A stretch of DNA of 63,893 nucleotides, counting the filler, from Phoronis australis (taxonomy: Eukaryota; Animalia; Phoronida): the NCBI GenBank assembly GCA_002633005.1. It is 7 parts of 7 records of this genome, joined end to end, with 100 filler letters (N's around TTAATTAATTAA, not from the genome) between each part and the next. Parts side by side here need not be neighbours in the genome. Positions count along the whole stretch, not along the records: positions 46,838 to 50,877 come from NMRA01002733.1; positions 50,978 to 57,345 come from NMRA01002172.1; positions 57,446 to 60,613 come from NMRA01001480.1; positions 60,714 to 63,893 come from NMRA01003165.1; 3 more parts are not named here. The stretch is one strand, 5' to 3'. Positions 49,107 to 62,714 of the stretch are shown here, piece by piece (position 1 is the stretch's first letter; every line of letters begins with the position of its first letter). A program made the position numbers and the translations under genes. The notes beneath the pieces were generated by a model. The model had not been told where the DNA came from, did not search any database, and worked only from the letters and a program-made list of their open reading frames with translations.

Positions 49107-52100
49107 ACTCTTCATTTTTAGCAGCACAGCCCAGCCACAGCTATAGCAGGCTACATATACGACATCTGGTCGGAGATTAGAGCAATCGAGAGCCGGCCTT
49201 CCAACCATAGATGCCAGAATGGAGTTAACCAGTCGTGTAAGATATTGACAGGGGTGATCTTCCCAACTTGTTGCTGGGCTATATAGAATCGAACAATGAA
49301 GTTGGGAGCAACGGGAAAACCCCGATGATACCAATTCTGCGCGGTCACCTCGTCGGTGCTTCGGTTCGATCCGAAGCCAGAGACGTCTGATCTTTACACG
49401 ATCTCGGCCTACTTCACCCGTCCCAAATCTCTCAGTAATCTGCCTCGTCGAGAACGACAGCTCAGTGGCTGCTGGTATTGCATTGCTCGTGCCGCCGTCG
49501 GGATCAAGGCGACCCGGATTGCGTCTTTTTGAACTCTCGTTGGTGTTCCAGCCCGACTCTGGATCTGTTATTCGGGTACTGAACTGTAACTATACAGGGA
49601 AAACTGCGTTCCGCCGCGCTTTGACTAATTTTGGTGGTAAGTACAGGATATTCCAGGCTACCACTGGAAGTCGCTCCTGACGAACATTTTTGCTCTTTTA
49701 ACAAACCTTTCCCGTGGACCGTGAGCAAAAAGATTGCTGTACGGAGCCAGGAAAATCATAGCTCGGCCAACGCGTAACCAAAATATATATGTTCGCCAAC
49801 GAAGTTGCCAACTGCGTGTCCTGTTAGTTCCACCTAAGATCAGTGAAGCTTATCAATTCACGAAAAAAGGATTTTGTTCGCGAGGAAAGAACTGCACATT
49901 AACTCAGTACTCACTTGAGGTCGAGGCTTGGAAAATTTGGCCTCCAGTCATTGGCTCAACCGAGCGCAACATAGGTTACGAGTTTTATAACGTTTTTAAA
50001 GTCAGTAAAATCCTGGGGTGTAATAATTTGAACTAATCCGCGGAAAACGTCCCCGATCATCAACCAGCTTTATGGTATGGTCTTTTTTCAAAGTACCTGT
50101 TTGGTCTTTAACACAAAACGCTTCCGTTACCTATTTAATAAGTGAACCCGTCCAAGAAAGCTCCGCCCACTCAGTTCGTCCTTATGTCAATCTGTCGCAA
50201 AAACATCCCATAAGGGGAGTCCATATGGGACAAAAAAAATCTTTTTCGCGCTGTTCACTTACGATTAAAGTTAGTGTTGTCAGAGAAGTGAATATTAGCC
50301 GAAATGTTACAACCAAAAATCTGTTATTTCGTTTCGTAACAGAGCCTGCTACCATCATGGAACAGTTGACGTTCTGGTACCGTGAGATAACTAAACTGGA
50401 GTCGCGATAATGAACTCAAAATGAGAATCTTTAAGATCAGTCGTGTCTCAAATCTGTTTTCCGACTATTGACAATGCTGCTTTTCGGTACGTTGACTCAA
50501 TTTAGGCCGCAAATCCACAAACACCATGTGGTGGTTGGACTATATAGGGACCGTATCCGAACCTAAAATGCTGAAAGACACTGAGGTTAACCTTCTCAGA
50601 GTTTCCAAAAAAATGAGTTAGCTACTTTAGTTTCAAGAGACTCAAAAATCATTAAATGCAAAGTGCGTGATGTGTAGAGTTGTAGTACAGCTGAAGAGTC
50701 GAAGTCATCTCGTGGGTAGGCCGTAAACCACCAAAGAAATTAGACGTCCATAATTGCACCAAGACTCAAAGCCATAACTTAGTGGCTCGTTGGTGGAATG
50801 ATTTTTTTAGAAAATCGAGGGGTTTCATTTGTTTAAAGAGATCTTACTAGAACGTCTGGAGCAAATATTTAACATGTNNNNNNNNNNNNNNNNNNNNNNN
50901 NNNNNNNNNNNNNNNNNNNNNTTAATTAATTAANNNNNNNNNNNNNNNNNNNNNNNNNNNNNNNNNNNNNNNNNNNNACAATGGTACATTTCTCGCGTGT
51001 GCATTCGACGTAAAATGTAACAACTACATGTTCGTAGAGACTTAGCAACGTAAAATGTAACATTGACGTAAAATGTTGTTACATTTTACGGCGTATCAAA
51101 GCTCATTTCAAATGACAAGGTGTTTGATATACTGTACATACTTATCACCGTAGACAGAAGGAAACTCCCGGTTCCCCGAACTTGGCCCCATCAGTCGAAA
51201 ACGCCTGGCTACGCCAGTGCTCATCTATAATATCTCTTTAAAGCTTATCTTTTTAATGTTTTTTATGTTTGTTATGAAATATTCAGTACAATAAATATAC
51301 AGACCCTGAAAGCGCCAAGAGGCATTGTATCTGGGTTAAACAAATAATAATCTATACATAAACACATAAATTAATAAACTGATGTTATGATTACAATGAT
51401 ATAAGATTACAAATATAAATAAATTGTTTTCAGTCAGTCATTTTATTTTCATCAGTTATCTTACATGTATACAATTTTATCGACTCACACAAACAAATTT
51501 AATATATTATTATGCTCCCCGCTTACATCACAGGCATGAAAACATGAGCATTAGTCCTACAGCATGCACCGCTATGAGCCCACCTGCATCATAAGTTGCA
51601 ATACAATGATGTGTTAGGCGCATTGGATACCTTTTGTCTACGAGACCGGGAGAATCCCCTGAGAATAACACCCGTACGCTATTTTGCTCTATTCAATATA
51701 ACTCTTATCGGTCTTTTCTTGTTTGAGCTGGTATGGCACGAAAAGGCATCTTCATCTATCATTTGACGGACTACATTAGAGAGATAGTAAACTTGCATTT
51801 TTACATTTTGCCACTACCTGGTTAGCCCAATACATCTATAATATTAAAGTTCCGTTGAAGTTAGGCTTTAAGAACGGCCACAACCCGTAGCACATGGCAC
51901 AGACCAGTATTACTTTGACCGCATTGGTGCTTACGCAAGATACGTCACTGACCAGACATCCAACGAAATGTCATCTTAGCATAAAAGACTGCGTTCAACA
52001 GCCGGTTCATCAAGTGATTAAAATTGTTTAGCTGTGTGCTTTCGCCATTTTAATTGATTTCGTGTACATTTAAAATAATACTCTGTCCTACAAACGTGAA

Positions 52101-53088
52101 GTTCTAGTACAGGTGGTATAAATTCGCCTTGTATGAATACCATTCATGCAACTACTGCTTCGCTTAATACCTGGTGATTGCTACAAGATGTACGGTAAGA
52201 ATTCCTGTTTTTGACAAGAGAAGGTTTGTAACTTGTTTCAGTGCTCTGTGCACTCGTCACGTCCACGGTGATCATGCCCATGTTCCGGTAACATAACTCT
52301 CTTCTCACTCAGCTTATGGTCCTGTCACACGAAACTCAATCTCAGAACGTCTTAGCGCGTCTTAACATCTGGAAGGGCTGAGAATGAGCGAATACTGTAA
52401 CTACCAAAAGCATCCTTCGGATACACCACCGTTAAGGAGGTCTTACGCAGATCGTACAACGCTTAGTCCACTCTCCTTTGATTTTATCCAATGTTCGATC
52501 TCGTATGTCTACTTAGAACAACCTTGGTGATACCTTTACTTCAAGTTGCTCTATGTCAAAGACAGGAAAATTAACAAGCTCGGGTAAACGGACAGGACTT
52601 TCAAATTCCATAGCACCGGAAAAGCTAGAAAATTGGGGGAAATGGGAATTGGGATAATACTTAATGATCAAATATTCACACGAGAACACCATATGACGAG
52701 GTGAATGAAAGAGAGAAGTGCACTGCTAAGACGTTACCTAAAAGCCAGGTGTAAAATATCGCCCGGTACGCGGGTAGGAGCAAAATACAGGCATACACGG
52801 GTTTGAACGGAGTTTGAGTCTGTTCTCATGTTCTATCAAATTTTCAAGAACGTAGAACCACTTTGTTTGTTGTGCTGTTTTCGTAGCTAATGGACACCCA
52901 AGCCAAACAAAATCCACTGTGATAAGGCTACAATCGAAGGTAGCCGTCGTGCCGTAGCTTTCAAGCATCGGCTACACGCGAATCCTTCTCGTCTAGCAGT
53001 AGTACTCACACAACCCGGAGATTCACACAAATTATTTTACGACAGACTTGATTTGTAGCTTACTGAGACTTTCATTTACCTGTTTCAG

Positions 53089-53806
53089 GTTCTGGCGGGG
53101 GATACATTTTCTGTTTCCCGGAATAAGAAGGTGTGGTGTTTGTTGATTACCGTTGCCTGTCTATGTGGTGTTTACATATTTTGTTACGTCTCATTAAAAC
53201 CACATACATTCCCAAAGACCTTGCGCAACGTGAATAACACTATCAGGGAACACGCGCCTACGACGGCTCCTCTTTATGAAGCCTTTATCCATCTCGACTT
53301 GAAAGGAGGTCCGCCAAAATTGAGTTATTTCAAGGAAGTGTTCCCGTTATTCAGACAATGGGGTGCCACAGGATTACTCGTCGAGTATGAAGATATGTTC
53401 CCGTACTTTGAAAATCTGAGTGTTCTTCCGCGAAATTATTCATATACGAAGCAGGAAATTCAAGTTATTCAGGCCCTTGCCAAAACCAATCAATTAGACA
53501 TTATCCCGCTTGTACAGACATTCGGTCACATGGAATTCGTTCTAAAACACGACAAGTTTGCTCATCTACGAGAGGTTCGGGAAAGTGCCTTTTGCATTTC
53601 TGCGGGACCATGTGTTGCAGAATCGTACACTATTATAAAGGAAATGATAACTCAACTGATGGCCGCTCATCCGAAAGTGGCGCAATTGCACATCGGATGT
53701 GACGAAGTTTCGCAACTTGGTAAAGGGAAAGCTTGTATCGACTTAATGCGCAAGACAGGAACTACACGTGAACAGCTGTTTCTTCAACATGTTACTCACA
53801 TTGCAG
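53089..53806 (+). CDS. HEXD: Hexosaminidase D-like (GH20) coding exon, N-terminal half with a hydrophobic anchor
   Basis: HLDLKGGPPK, GATGLLVEYEDMFPY, IPLVQTFGHMEFVLKH and catalytic HIGCDEV. TTTCAG acceptor (phase 0) and CAG|GTAAGC donor. Other exons not found in this piece. Confidence 0.9.
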
Positions 53807-53830
53807 GTAAGCCGAAGCGACAACAGTTAA

Positions 53831-56644
53831 CGGTTATTCCACGAGAGCACGAGAGTCACCGACTCAGATCTTGAAAAAAATTGTGTGTACATACATCCTG
53901 GTGGGATATGTTGATAATGCTTATTTGAAATTTTTTGGTTCATTATTTTTACGTTAGAGCAAAAAGCTCATTTTTGTTTCAAAAAGGTTCAGTTAGTGAA
54001 GATGTTTAAAACGTCTTAAAAGAACGGGAAAGAAACAAAATTTGTACTGTTCATGTAGACATTGAACCTCTCTGTTAACCTTCAATGTAATGCCAAAATT
54101 CGGTAAATTTTGCCTAATGTTGTGTCTTTGGTTTTAAGCCATTTTGAAGTGCTCTTGGGAGCCAGTTTTCGCTGTGCTGGTGATTTCCTATGATATTTTT
54201 CATCAGTTTTCTGTCTGACTAAGAAAATATGGACTTTTTGTTTATTTGTTTTCAAGCAGCAGTCCATAGAAAAAACATACCATCGCGTATGTTACGGTGC
54301 CTGACTACGGGCAGCATTTCGCTGTATCTCATGAAGCTCATAAAAGAGTTTCATTAATTTTTGAAAATATGTTTCTATGATGATCAAATCAGTCGACATC
54401 AATTTTTAGGTACTTTGACTATTGCTAGCCCCCTAGTGGCAGTTTGTATAACCAGATTTGTTTGGAGAAATTTCATGAAATTTGGTCAAAACATTTCCAT
54501 CGAGGAAATGATGACACATGCATGTTTGGCAACGACGTAACGATATTTTGTTTTCTGTTTACTAATGTACCTGAGGATGACTTTTGGTTAATATCGAAAC
54601 GTCGTTTACATGCTGTACTCTAGTGTCATTTTTGTTTTCCACGTCTTAATTCAGGTAATTATTTACATTATGTTTTCGAATGAGTCTAACCTGTGCTGCT
54701 ACACTTGTGACAGTTATAGCACTTTGTAAAACGTAAATGCGTCTAACCTGTGCCCCCTCCCATAAGCTGCTAACTGGTGCCCTGGTAACGTCCACCTCAT
54801 TACCTGATAGTCATTACAAAAAATATATAAAGTCACTTTAATCTGAGTTTTATCATTTTTACAGGATGCTAATTTTTAACCGATTCCACCAAAACCTGAT
54901 TTTGTCACTTGTTGTCACACTGAAATAAGTTAATTTTGAAAGTTGACTATACATATTTGTTACCATGACGACTGAGTATCATAAACGTTTTCGTCTTTAA
55001 ATTAGAAATAAACTAGCAGGATAATAAAGGATTCGAAGCTATGACGCAAAACGATTCGAATAAGCTTCACACTTCATAATCCAAATGTAGCCCATTTCTG
55101 TAAATCAAGTAGGATTTTCACATCTTGAAGTAGAAAGTAACTGGTTACAAAATACGAATCAAAATCGTATTTTACGCATGAAATTTAGAAAAATATGTGT
55201 ACTGTTGTGTCTTTGAACAGAAGTTGACTTTCAAACAAAAAAGCTATTTCAGAACAATTTCAACAAAATTTAGAAGAAAGGTCATCCGAAATGGGCACTT
55301 CACATTGACTGGAATAGAATATTCATAATATTTTTGGCACGAGCACCGAAAACTGTACAAAACTACTTTTTGTAGCAGTGTTTCTGCAAATGTACATGTA
55401 TATAGTTGAATCTTCACCGATGACAATGTAGCCGGTTGAACATGCCTTTCAGATCAGAAAAGTCGCCATGTTGTCGAATGTGAATTTTGAGCACTTTAAC
55501 CATTCATTTCAATAACTAGTTACTTCTGCGTGATTAAAGTCTGGTGTAAACTCTTGGCTTATACAGAATGGTAGGTAAAGATATGTCTTACTAAATTCTA
55601 CTGCGTGAATATCGTGAGCATGAAGTTTAATCACAATCGCAAGATGGCCGACCCGACCGAAATAAAGTCAAATTTTAAATACCGATAACTTTTGAATGCA
55701 CGATGCGATTTTGATAATTTATTCATTTTTTGTATTTCAGACATTGGTGCCTTTCCTGTGATATAGGCTTTTGTCTTCAAAGTGAACAAATAATTTTCGG
55801 TTTGACCGCTTCATACAGTCGTGAACCCTTAATTCAAAAGAATTTTTGAAAATCAATATAACTAAATTGCCTTGAAATATTGCACAAATCAGAACATTTC
55901 ATTAAAAATCTTATGAATTATTCATGTCAGCCTAAAAATTGTCTCTAAGGTCGCCAACCGTTTTGGGTATTGGCATCAGGCAATTACAGTACATGTATGT
56001 CATCACTTGTGCCAGTGTAATCTCTGACCCACGGTCACTTATGAACGCTGCATACCGGGTGAAATGGTAATATGGATATGTCAAACAGCATTATGGTCCC
56101 TAAAATGTTAATTCACATTAATTATCTTTCTTGACACCATTTTAAATGTAACGAAGTTACAAAAACATTCGTTTAAAATGTAGAATATGCAATATTGTGT
56201 CATTTTTAGAGCAAAAAAGGAAAAAGCCCATTAGAGAGATTTTACAAATGTGTTCAAATATAGTCAAGATTTATCCAATAACATAATTTTCAACGCCCAA
56301 AGCGCTGCAAACTGGCTTGCAGAATCCCTCGAGTGATACCCTCTTTCAGCACTACAAAAACTGCTTACGGATTTACCTATATTGGAAAATTGGTGTTATG
56401 CAAAAACGTGTCGTTTTCTTCGTAAACCATTGGCGCTTTGTGGGCAATGTATATTCATTGTACTAAAGATTTCATAATAAACATTAAATAATAGGTTAAA
56501 ACACTGAGAGATCAATAAGTGCAAATTTGATGATTTTTGTATCAGAGCCACACCATGACCACATTCACAAAATTTAAGTTGAATCTGGAAGATGACCTCT
56601 AGAGTGATTTTTTGATTTCTTTTGATTTTCTCGTGGAATGGCTT
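53831..56644. mobile_element. Kolobok-like non-autonomous DNA element (probably with nested inserts) in the HEXD intron
   Basis: TTAA|CGGTTATTCCACGAGA ... TCTCGTGGAATGGCTT|TTAA. A related end GTGCTCTCGTGGACTAGTAC|TTAA lies at ~57663-57685. Confidence 0.55.
54565..54611 (+). ncRNA. Degenerate minimal hammerhead ribozyme-like motif
   Basis: ATGTAC-CTGAGGA-T-GA...TC-GAAAC-GTC-GTT-TACAT. Stem I ATGTA/TACAT is offset by one base and stem II is weak. Confidence 0.5.
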
Positions 56645-56951
56645 TTAACCTTGTAAACACGATAAAAGATTATCAACGATTCCCATTTTTAATAAATATT
56701 TTCGGTGAAAGTTGATAATTTCTCCCATTCATTTACATAACTTCAAGGGTGGTCCCATTTTAAGATTTCCAAACAAAGGTCTGGAGACTACGCTATGTGG
56801 TTGCATCATCGAAACACTTACTGCATCGTTGATGTTGATAACGACGCTGGATTTAAAGCGGCTTGACATGTTTCCCCGTTTATTAAAACTCACTGTGTCC
56901 AGTGTGTATCATTACTTGTCGTCGGGCCTAACAAGGTGGCCACTGCTTATT

Positions 56952-56995
56952 TCTTCTGAGGAAGGTGTTCTAATATTCGCCGAAACTTGTCAAGA
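56952..56995 (+). ncRNA. Minimal type I hammerhead ribozyme (Penelope-type), apparently intact core
   Basis: TCTT-CTGAGGA-A-GGTG(loop)CGCC-GAAAC-TT-GTC^AAGA: stem I TCTT/AAGA, 4-bp stem II, 2-bp stem III, GUC cleavage triplet. Confidence 0.72.
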
Positions 56996-57256
56996 CGGTT
57001 TATATCCATCGTTGTTTTTAACATACATGTATGCTACTACTTGTCATGATGTAGAATTTATTGTTTACGTTTCATAAGTTCAGCAATTATTTGATCTTCC
57101 GGGTTATGTTCCGTGGCATGTGATGCGAAGTAAAAACATAAAATGGGCATTGTAGTTATTTATTACCAGTATGAAAGATACTCCATCTTTTTCTTTTCGC
57201 CAGCTCGAAACATAGAAAGAGTCTTGAGAGAGTCATCACTGATACACAAACATTTC

Positions 57257-57288
<32 letters not shown>

Positions 57289-57345
57289 GCGTGTGCGTGT
57301 GCGTGTGTGTGTCTGTGTCTGTGTGTGTGTGCGCGCGTGCGTGTG
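57257..57345. repeat. (GT)n/(GTGTGC)n microsatellite at a contig end
   Basis: Directly visible. Confidence 0.9.
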
Positions 57346-57943
57346 NNNNNNNNNNNNNNNNNNNNNNNNNNNNNNNNNNNNNNNNNNNNTTAATTAATTA
57401 ANNNNNNNNNNNNNNNNNNNNNNNNNNNNNNNNNNNNNNNNNNNNAGCTTTCATTCAAGGAAAAATCTGAACAGTTAAAACTGGACAGTTTTTATACCGT
57501 GAAAACATGGCTGCGAAGCCGTAAAATGTGTTTGAGCCTATAACTTTAGAAAAACGCAATATTTTCAAGAAATATTTTACCGCTGTTTATAGATCCCATA
57601 CGACTACCTATGTGCCAAATTTGGTGAAAATCGGTTGACCCCCACCTTGCCGCTCATGGCTGGTGCTCTCGTGGACTAGTACTTAAAAGTTGCTTTTGAC
57701 AGCAGGCGGGTTCATAGCATCAAGATGTCTTTTGAAAAAGAGAAATCACACGTATTTTTATCAACAGATTCTGATGCACTAGTTTTAGTTTTGCTAGATT
57801 TAATTCGTTCACAACTTGAAAGTTTCACAGCAAGGGATTTTTCAAGTAACCATCCTCTGCTAGCATCTGTCTTCAAAGTAGCATAGCCTTACTTATATTA
57901 TTTACGACGATTCTCTGCTAGAACACACCTTTCTGTTTTGCAG

Positions 57944-58089
57944 CTGAGATGTACAAATGCCCTCTACTGGGACCAGATTGTGGGATATGTCACAACCTGA
58001 CGCTGTCGTATAGCTGCGCCTGGAATGCCAGGTGTGTTTATATGCCATCTGGTGTGAAAAAGCCATGCCCTTTCATCACTATAAACACG
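57944..58089 (+). CDS. 146-bp exon encoding a plexin-type PSI domain
   Basis: TTTTGCAG acceptor and ACG|GTAAGA donor. EMYKCPLLGPDCGICHNLTLSYSCAWNARCVYMPSGVKKPCPFITINT fits YKC-x6-CxxC-x8-CxW...C...CPxxxI, as precedes plexin IPT domains. Confidence 0.72.
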
Positions 58090-61000
58090 GTAAGATAATC
58101 GTTGCGGCATCGTAAAATAACAAGAAATGTAATTTTTTAGCATTATTCATGCATTTATAAGTATGAATGTACAACGATTGTAGAAGATTGCAGTAAATGT
58201 TCTCTAATAGAATGAGCGCACCCAGCCTTCAATATGGGGGGCTCGAATTCCTGGCGATGTGGACCGTTTACTAACAAAATAGTCAGTCGACTAAAAAAAA
58301 AACAGTACCCGGACTGGAGATGTACGTGCTGTGAATTTGAATTCTGCGTTTGCGCCTTTTAGTGAACTTTTTATCTCGTTTCTCGGACTTTTTGTTTCTT
58401 TGAGGCAGACATATTTGCCCACTTCACCAAATGGGGGGGGGGNNNNNNNTCGTTTGAGCCCCCCCTGGGTGCGCGCATGAATACACTGAAGTACAACTGG
58501 AGACAACACTGACATCCACTCCAATAATATCCACTCCAATAATATACATGTAGGAACACACGCCCTTTTTGTGACGTACACTGTAATATCTGAACAGTAT
58601 TCATTGTTCAGTAAAGTAACACATAAGTTACATGGATTTTTGATGAGAGCACATCTATATGAATTCACAGATTATGTTAGACGTTGCATTGTTCTGATTA
58701 TGGCGGATGTGCCCGATCAAAGGTCCAGGAATGGGGAATATTATGGTTACATCATTATCGCTGTAACCATTGGTCAATTATGGTAACGTGTGTCAGCAGT
58801 GGATGCGGGTTCCTAAATTATTGATAAAGGGACCTTAGAAAGAGAGAACTGGCAGAGGCCAGTGTCGTCTTAAACCGTACTTGTAAAGGATACGAGCATG
58901 ATGAAGCATGTGTTTGCAAAAGAAATGACAGTCCGTTAATTGTGTAGAACATGCTTGGTGCAAGAGCCAATTCATAGCCGTTTAAGTATGAGTTCTTTCT
59001 CTTACTCATATTAGAACTCCAAAGGGATATCTCCTTCTTACTTAGACGTGTTGCTTAAACGTGAAAATATTGAAGCACGCTGATCTATGCAAACGAGAAG
59101 GCCTTAACTATGTTTTACAATGATCATTTGTCATTGTTTTTAATCAAAGCAACTTGGGCAACTCTTTTGTAATTGGTCATATTTTTTTTGTTTTACATGC
59201 CAATATCGGAAATGGTAAAAATCACGAATAGAAAACTTTGAGACGTATGTGTTCTGTAGTTGAGAATGAAGAAAAACAAACTTTTTAACTACATCTTAAA
59301 AGTAACTGGAATCTCATTGGAACACAGTGAGGTTCTTGCATTCTTTTTGTATCGGTTTTGTTGTTGAAAACCACGCGGTTTAGATGGTTATATTTCTTAT
59401 TTTGACCATAGAGCTCTAGCCCTGGAATGCCAACTTCGATCTCGCGCTGCAGATAGGTTGCGCCGCGCTTGCGTAGAATTTGCTTTCGTTTGTCACTGTG
59501 TTGGTTCTTGCTATGGAATTTACTGTCATTTAAAAAAACAACTTTTGGCAACTCCCCAGTTGTTCAACCGAATTGCAGAGGAGTCGTGTCATTAGAAAGC
59601 TTGTCGTCAGTGGTAACCGTTGATTTTGTGTAATTATAACACAAGCAAAAGCTTAATAATTCAATTTATAAATAATTATAATTTCGCATACCTGACAGGA
59701 TTAGAATTTTTTTTTTAATTCTAAAAAGGAAGAGTGTTACGAAAATGCGAAAAATAATAGGGTGTATATTAACATATGAATGGAAATGAACGGTGGAGGT
59801 TATGAAAAATGACTACTTAATCCAGCAGAGAAATAATTTCAATGGTTCAAAAGATTTCTTGTCTATCAATACTAAGAATTTGCAATAAGAATCCCTTAAA
59901 GTTGCTGTAAAGAATTTATACAAGCATTCATTCAAAATTATAATTCTTATCTATTAACTGGATCTTTGGTCCCGTTTGTTTCTGTTCATCAATAAAATGC
60001 AGGATGTAATGGCAATGTAAACATAGTTATTCCAACTACCTATCCGAAATTTGCAGACAAGTACTTTCTGGTAGAAAAAATAAGCAAACATCTATCGTTT
60101 AGCTAGGAAATGTACTATGTAAGACTTTCCTTAGTAGTTAATAAATAAGCTCATTTCTTCAGAAATTAAAAAAATGTGATCCTGATCCATGCAATGTGTG
60201 TTACCGTAAAGAAGAGACATTGGAACTCATTTTTACAATTGTTATGTTACTAAAGAAATAATTGTACTATAGGAAATAAAAATATTCGCGACAACTGCTG
60301 CATAGGTGCCACCATTCGAGAATGAAAAAACGGGACATCTAGATTGAAAATTAGAATGCAGGGTCCTCCGGATAAAAAGTAGGACATCTGGGTCTATGCC
60401 AAAGCACACAAAACATCCTAACATTTTTTTTTCGCACAGGATACTTGACACCCGAAAACGCACGACGGCGTTTTTGTTTTCAAGTCTAAAACACCCACAC
60501 GCACACACACACACACACACACAGCACGTGCAAGAGTTGTCATTCCAGAGCTAGAGTTCTGTTTTGAGAAGCGTCACCTTTCTATACTGCATGAGGTCGT
60601 GTTTGTCCGTCTTNNNNNNNNNNNNNNNNNNNNNNNNNNNNNNNNNNNNNNNNNNNNTTAATTAATTAANNNNNNNNNNNNNNNNNNNNNNNNNNNNNNN
60701 NNNNNNNNNNNNNCACTGATATATACATACATACATACAAACGTATGTATGTATATGTATAAATCCTAAGTTGAAGACGTTTAACCTTCAACCCATTCTT
60801 ATAAGTTGTATTCCAGCAATGCTACTACAAGCATGTCTTGATCATTATCTTTATGAATCAATTTATAATTTAGAAGCACAGAAACACATTGCCATGACAG
60901 TACAGGAAAGTTAGAGATGCACGTATCATGGATTTTACAGCCCGCGGTTGTTTTTTGTGTTACTTGTACACCCTATAAACAATCATTTTGGCAGTACCTC

Positions 61001-62714
61001 TTCTTTGCACCCCAACAAAGTGAAATTCATGAGATGACTCCTAAGGTCAAAATCTTATCCTAAACGCGTAACCGTTTAACGAACTTAGGTCCAAGAAGTG
61101 ACCATTTTCTGCGAATTATTGCTGAAGCACAGGTGTCCAAGTCTCTGGTGCCTGTCACGGCGATTACCCGCATGACGGTGGCAAGGGGTGATGCGAAATT
61201 GGTGACGACAGCCGGGGACTCAGGGATCATTTTTGAAAAACCGGGGTGTGGGTGCATTGATCCACACGGTTTCAAGCCAGTATGGAGGACGTATGGGTCA
61301 TATTTTTGTCCTTTTCGTTCCAATTCCTTAGGACGAAACTGGGTGGTGGCGGAGGCAAAACTGGAATCGCGCAAGGGGGTAGCCGCTAGTATTTGTCTTG
61401 CCAACTCCCCCCCCCACTTGCCAAGTCGCACACTGAAACTAACCTTCCTGCACGTATGACAATTAAGCAACAACAACAGTAACATCGGCAGCAGCAACGT
61501 TAGCAGCAAGGTTAAGAAAGGGGGATCTGTGGTCACCACCAGAATGTTACCGATCAAACGGTTGCAGGCTCATCCGCAACATTCAAAACCGCGTCCTAGG
61601 TTCTAATCTCTGTACTCGAATATTGACCAGTTGCACGGCACCCTTCGAGTAAATTTACAATCTTGTTCTCCAATCATGCAGCGTGAATGGTAAATTTCGA
61701 GCGAATTCAGAGTTAGGAGATCTTGTCCCGGTCCCTAGGGTCTGTTTCATGAAAAGTGACTAATACATGCACAGCGTTCTCATGCCGTTCGGCAGAAGGC
61801 AGATTGGACGTCTGTTGCGCCCTCTAAAACAGATGCCTGCTCTGTCTTCTTATCGTCTGCTCGAAATGAGGCGCCACCCTGAACACACTTGATTGGCCAG
61901 AATATTAACACTTTGCACATTTTTGTTACAATAATTACTAGCAAGGTGGCATATAGAATCCATTTGCGAACACACGTTTTAAGCGGGTGATTTGCTTTCA
62001 GATCAAACCTCCTACCTGCCTTCTCATAAACATTCCACTTCTGAACGCGCTGAAAGATTGAAGTCGGAAATTTCGTCTCACTCTGTACACAACTATTTCC
62101 GAAAAAAGTAACTTAATCTCGCTTCATCGAAGCGCAATGTCTCTGAGAATATACTCACACATACTTAAGTTATCAAATAATTTGAATCAAGTGTTATTAA
62201 ACTGTGTTTTGCTAACGATCACGTGACAAAAGCGTGATTTGATAATTGCCAAAAGTGAGAAAGTAAGAAAAATTTCTGACTGAACGGGGTTCGACAGTTA
62301 GCCAAAAACGGTAGGGCGGTCATTGTTTTACGGCATTGACTAATTTCTTTTTTGTTTTTTATGTTTTAAATAAGAGATTGTTTGATTTAAAATGGGTTTG
62401 GGTTGAGTTTTGGATATTTTTGATTAAGTAATAGCGTACGGCATCAAAGTTCAAAAGGATGTCAATTTGGTAATTTAATTGAAACGGTAAATTTGAATTC
62501 ATGGAGAAAAATATTATTTTCTTAGATAATTCACATCAAATAAACTCATGTTGAAATCACCATCTGGTGAAATGCAGAAGGAGAATCATGATTGTGAAAT
62601 TGGCGCTTTTTGAGCAATCTTAATAACAGCGTTTGAGCCACAACGCCGCACAAACTAATTTGGCGAACCTTATTTGTTATTTTATAGGAAACACGATATG
62701 CACCCAAACTATAA

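Noticed and set aside
48474-49638. LTNFGG peptide in two short ORFs with synonymous differences
   Set aside because: A 14/17-nt match is expected by chance in a block this size, and the flanks do not align.
52188-52194. ATGTACG|GTAAGA as the HEXD start exon
   Set aside because: It ends in phase 1 while the 53089 exon needs phase 0; the join hits a stop.
61060-61557. 165-aa minus-strand ORF with a Leu-rich stretch
   Set aside because: The Leu run is the antisense of a degenerate CAA/CAG tract; non-ATG start and no domain recognised.
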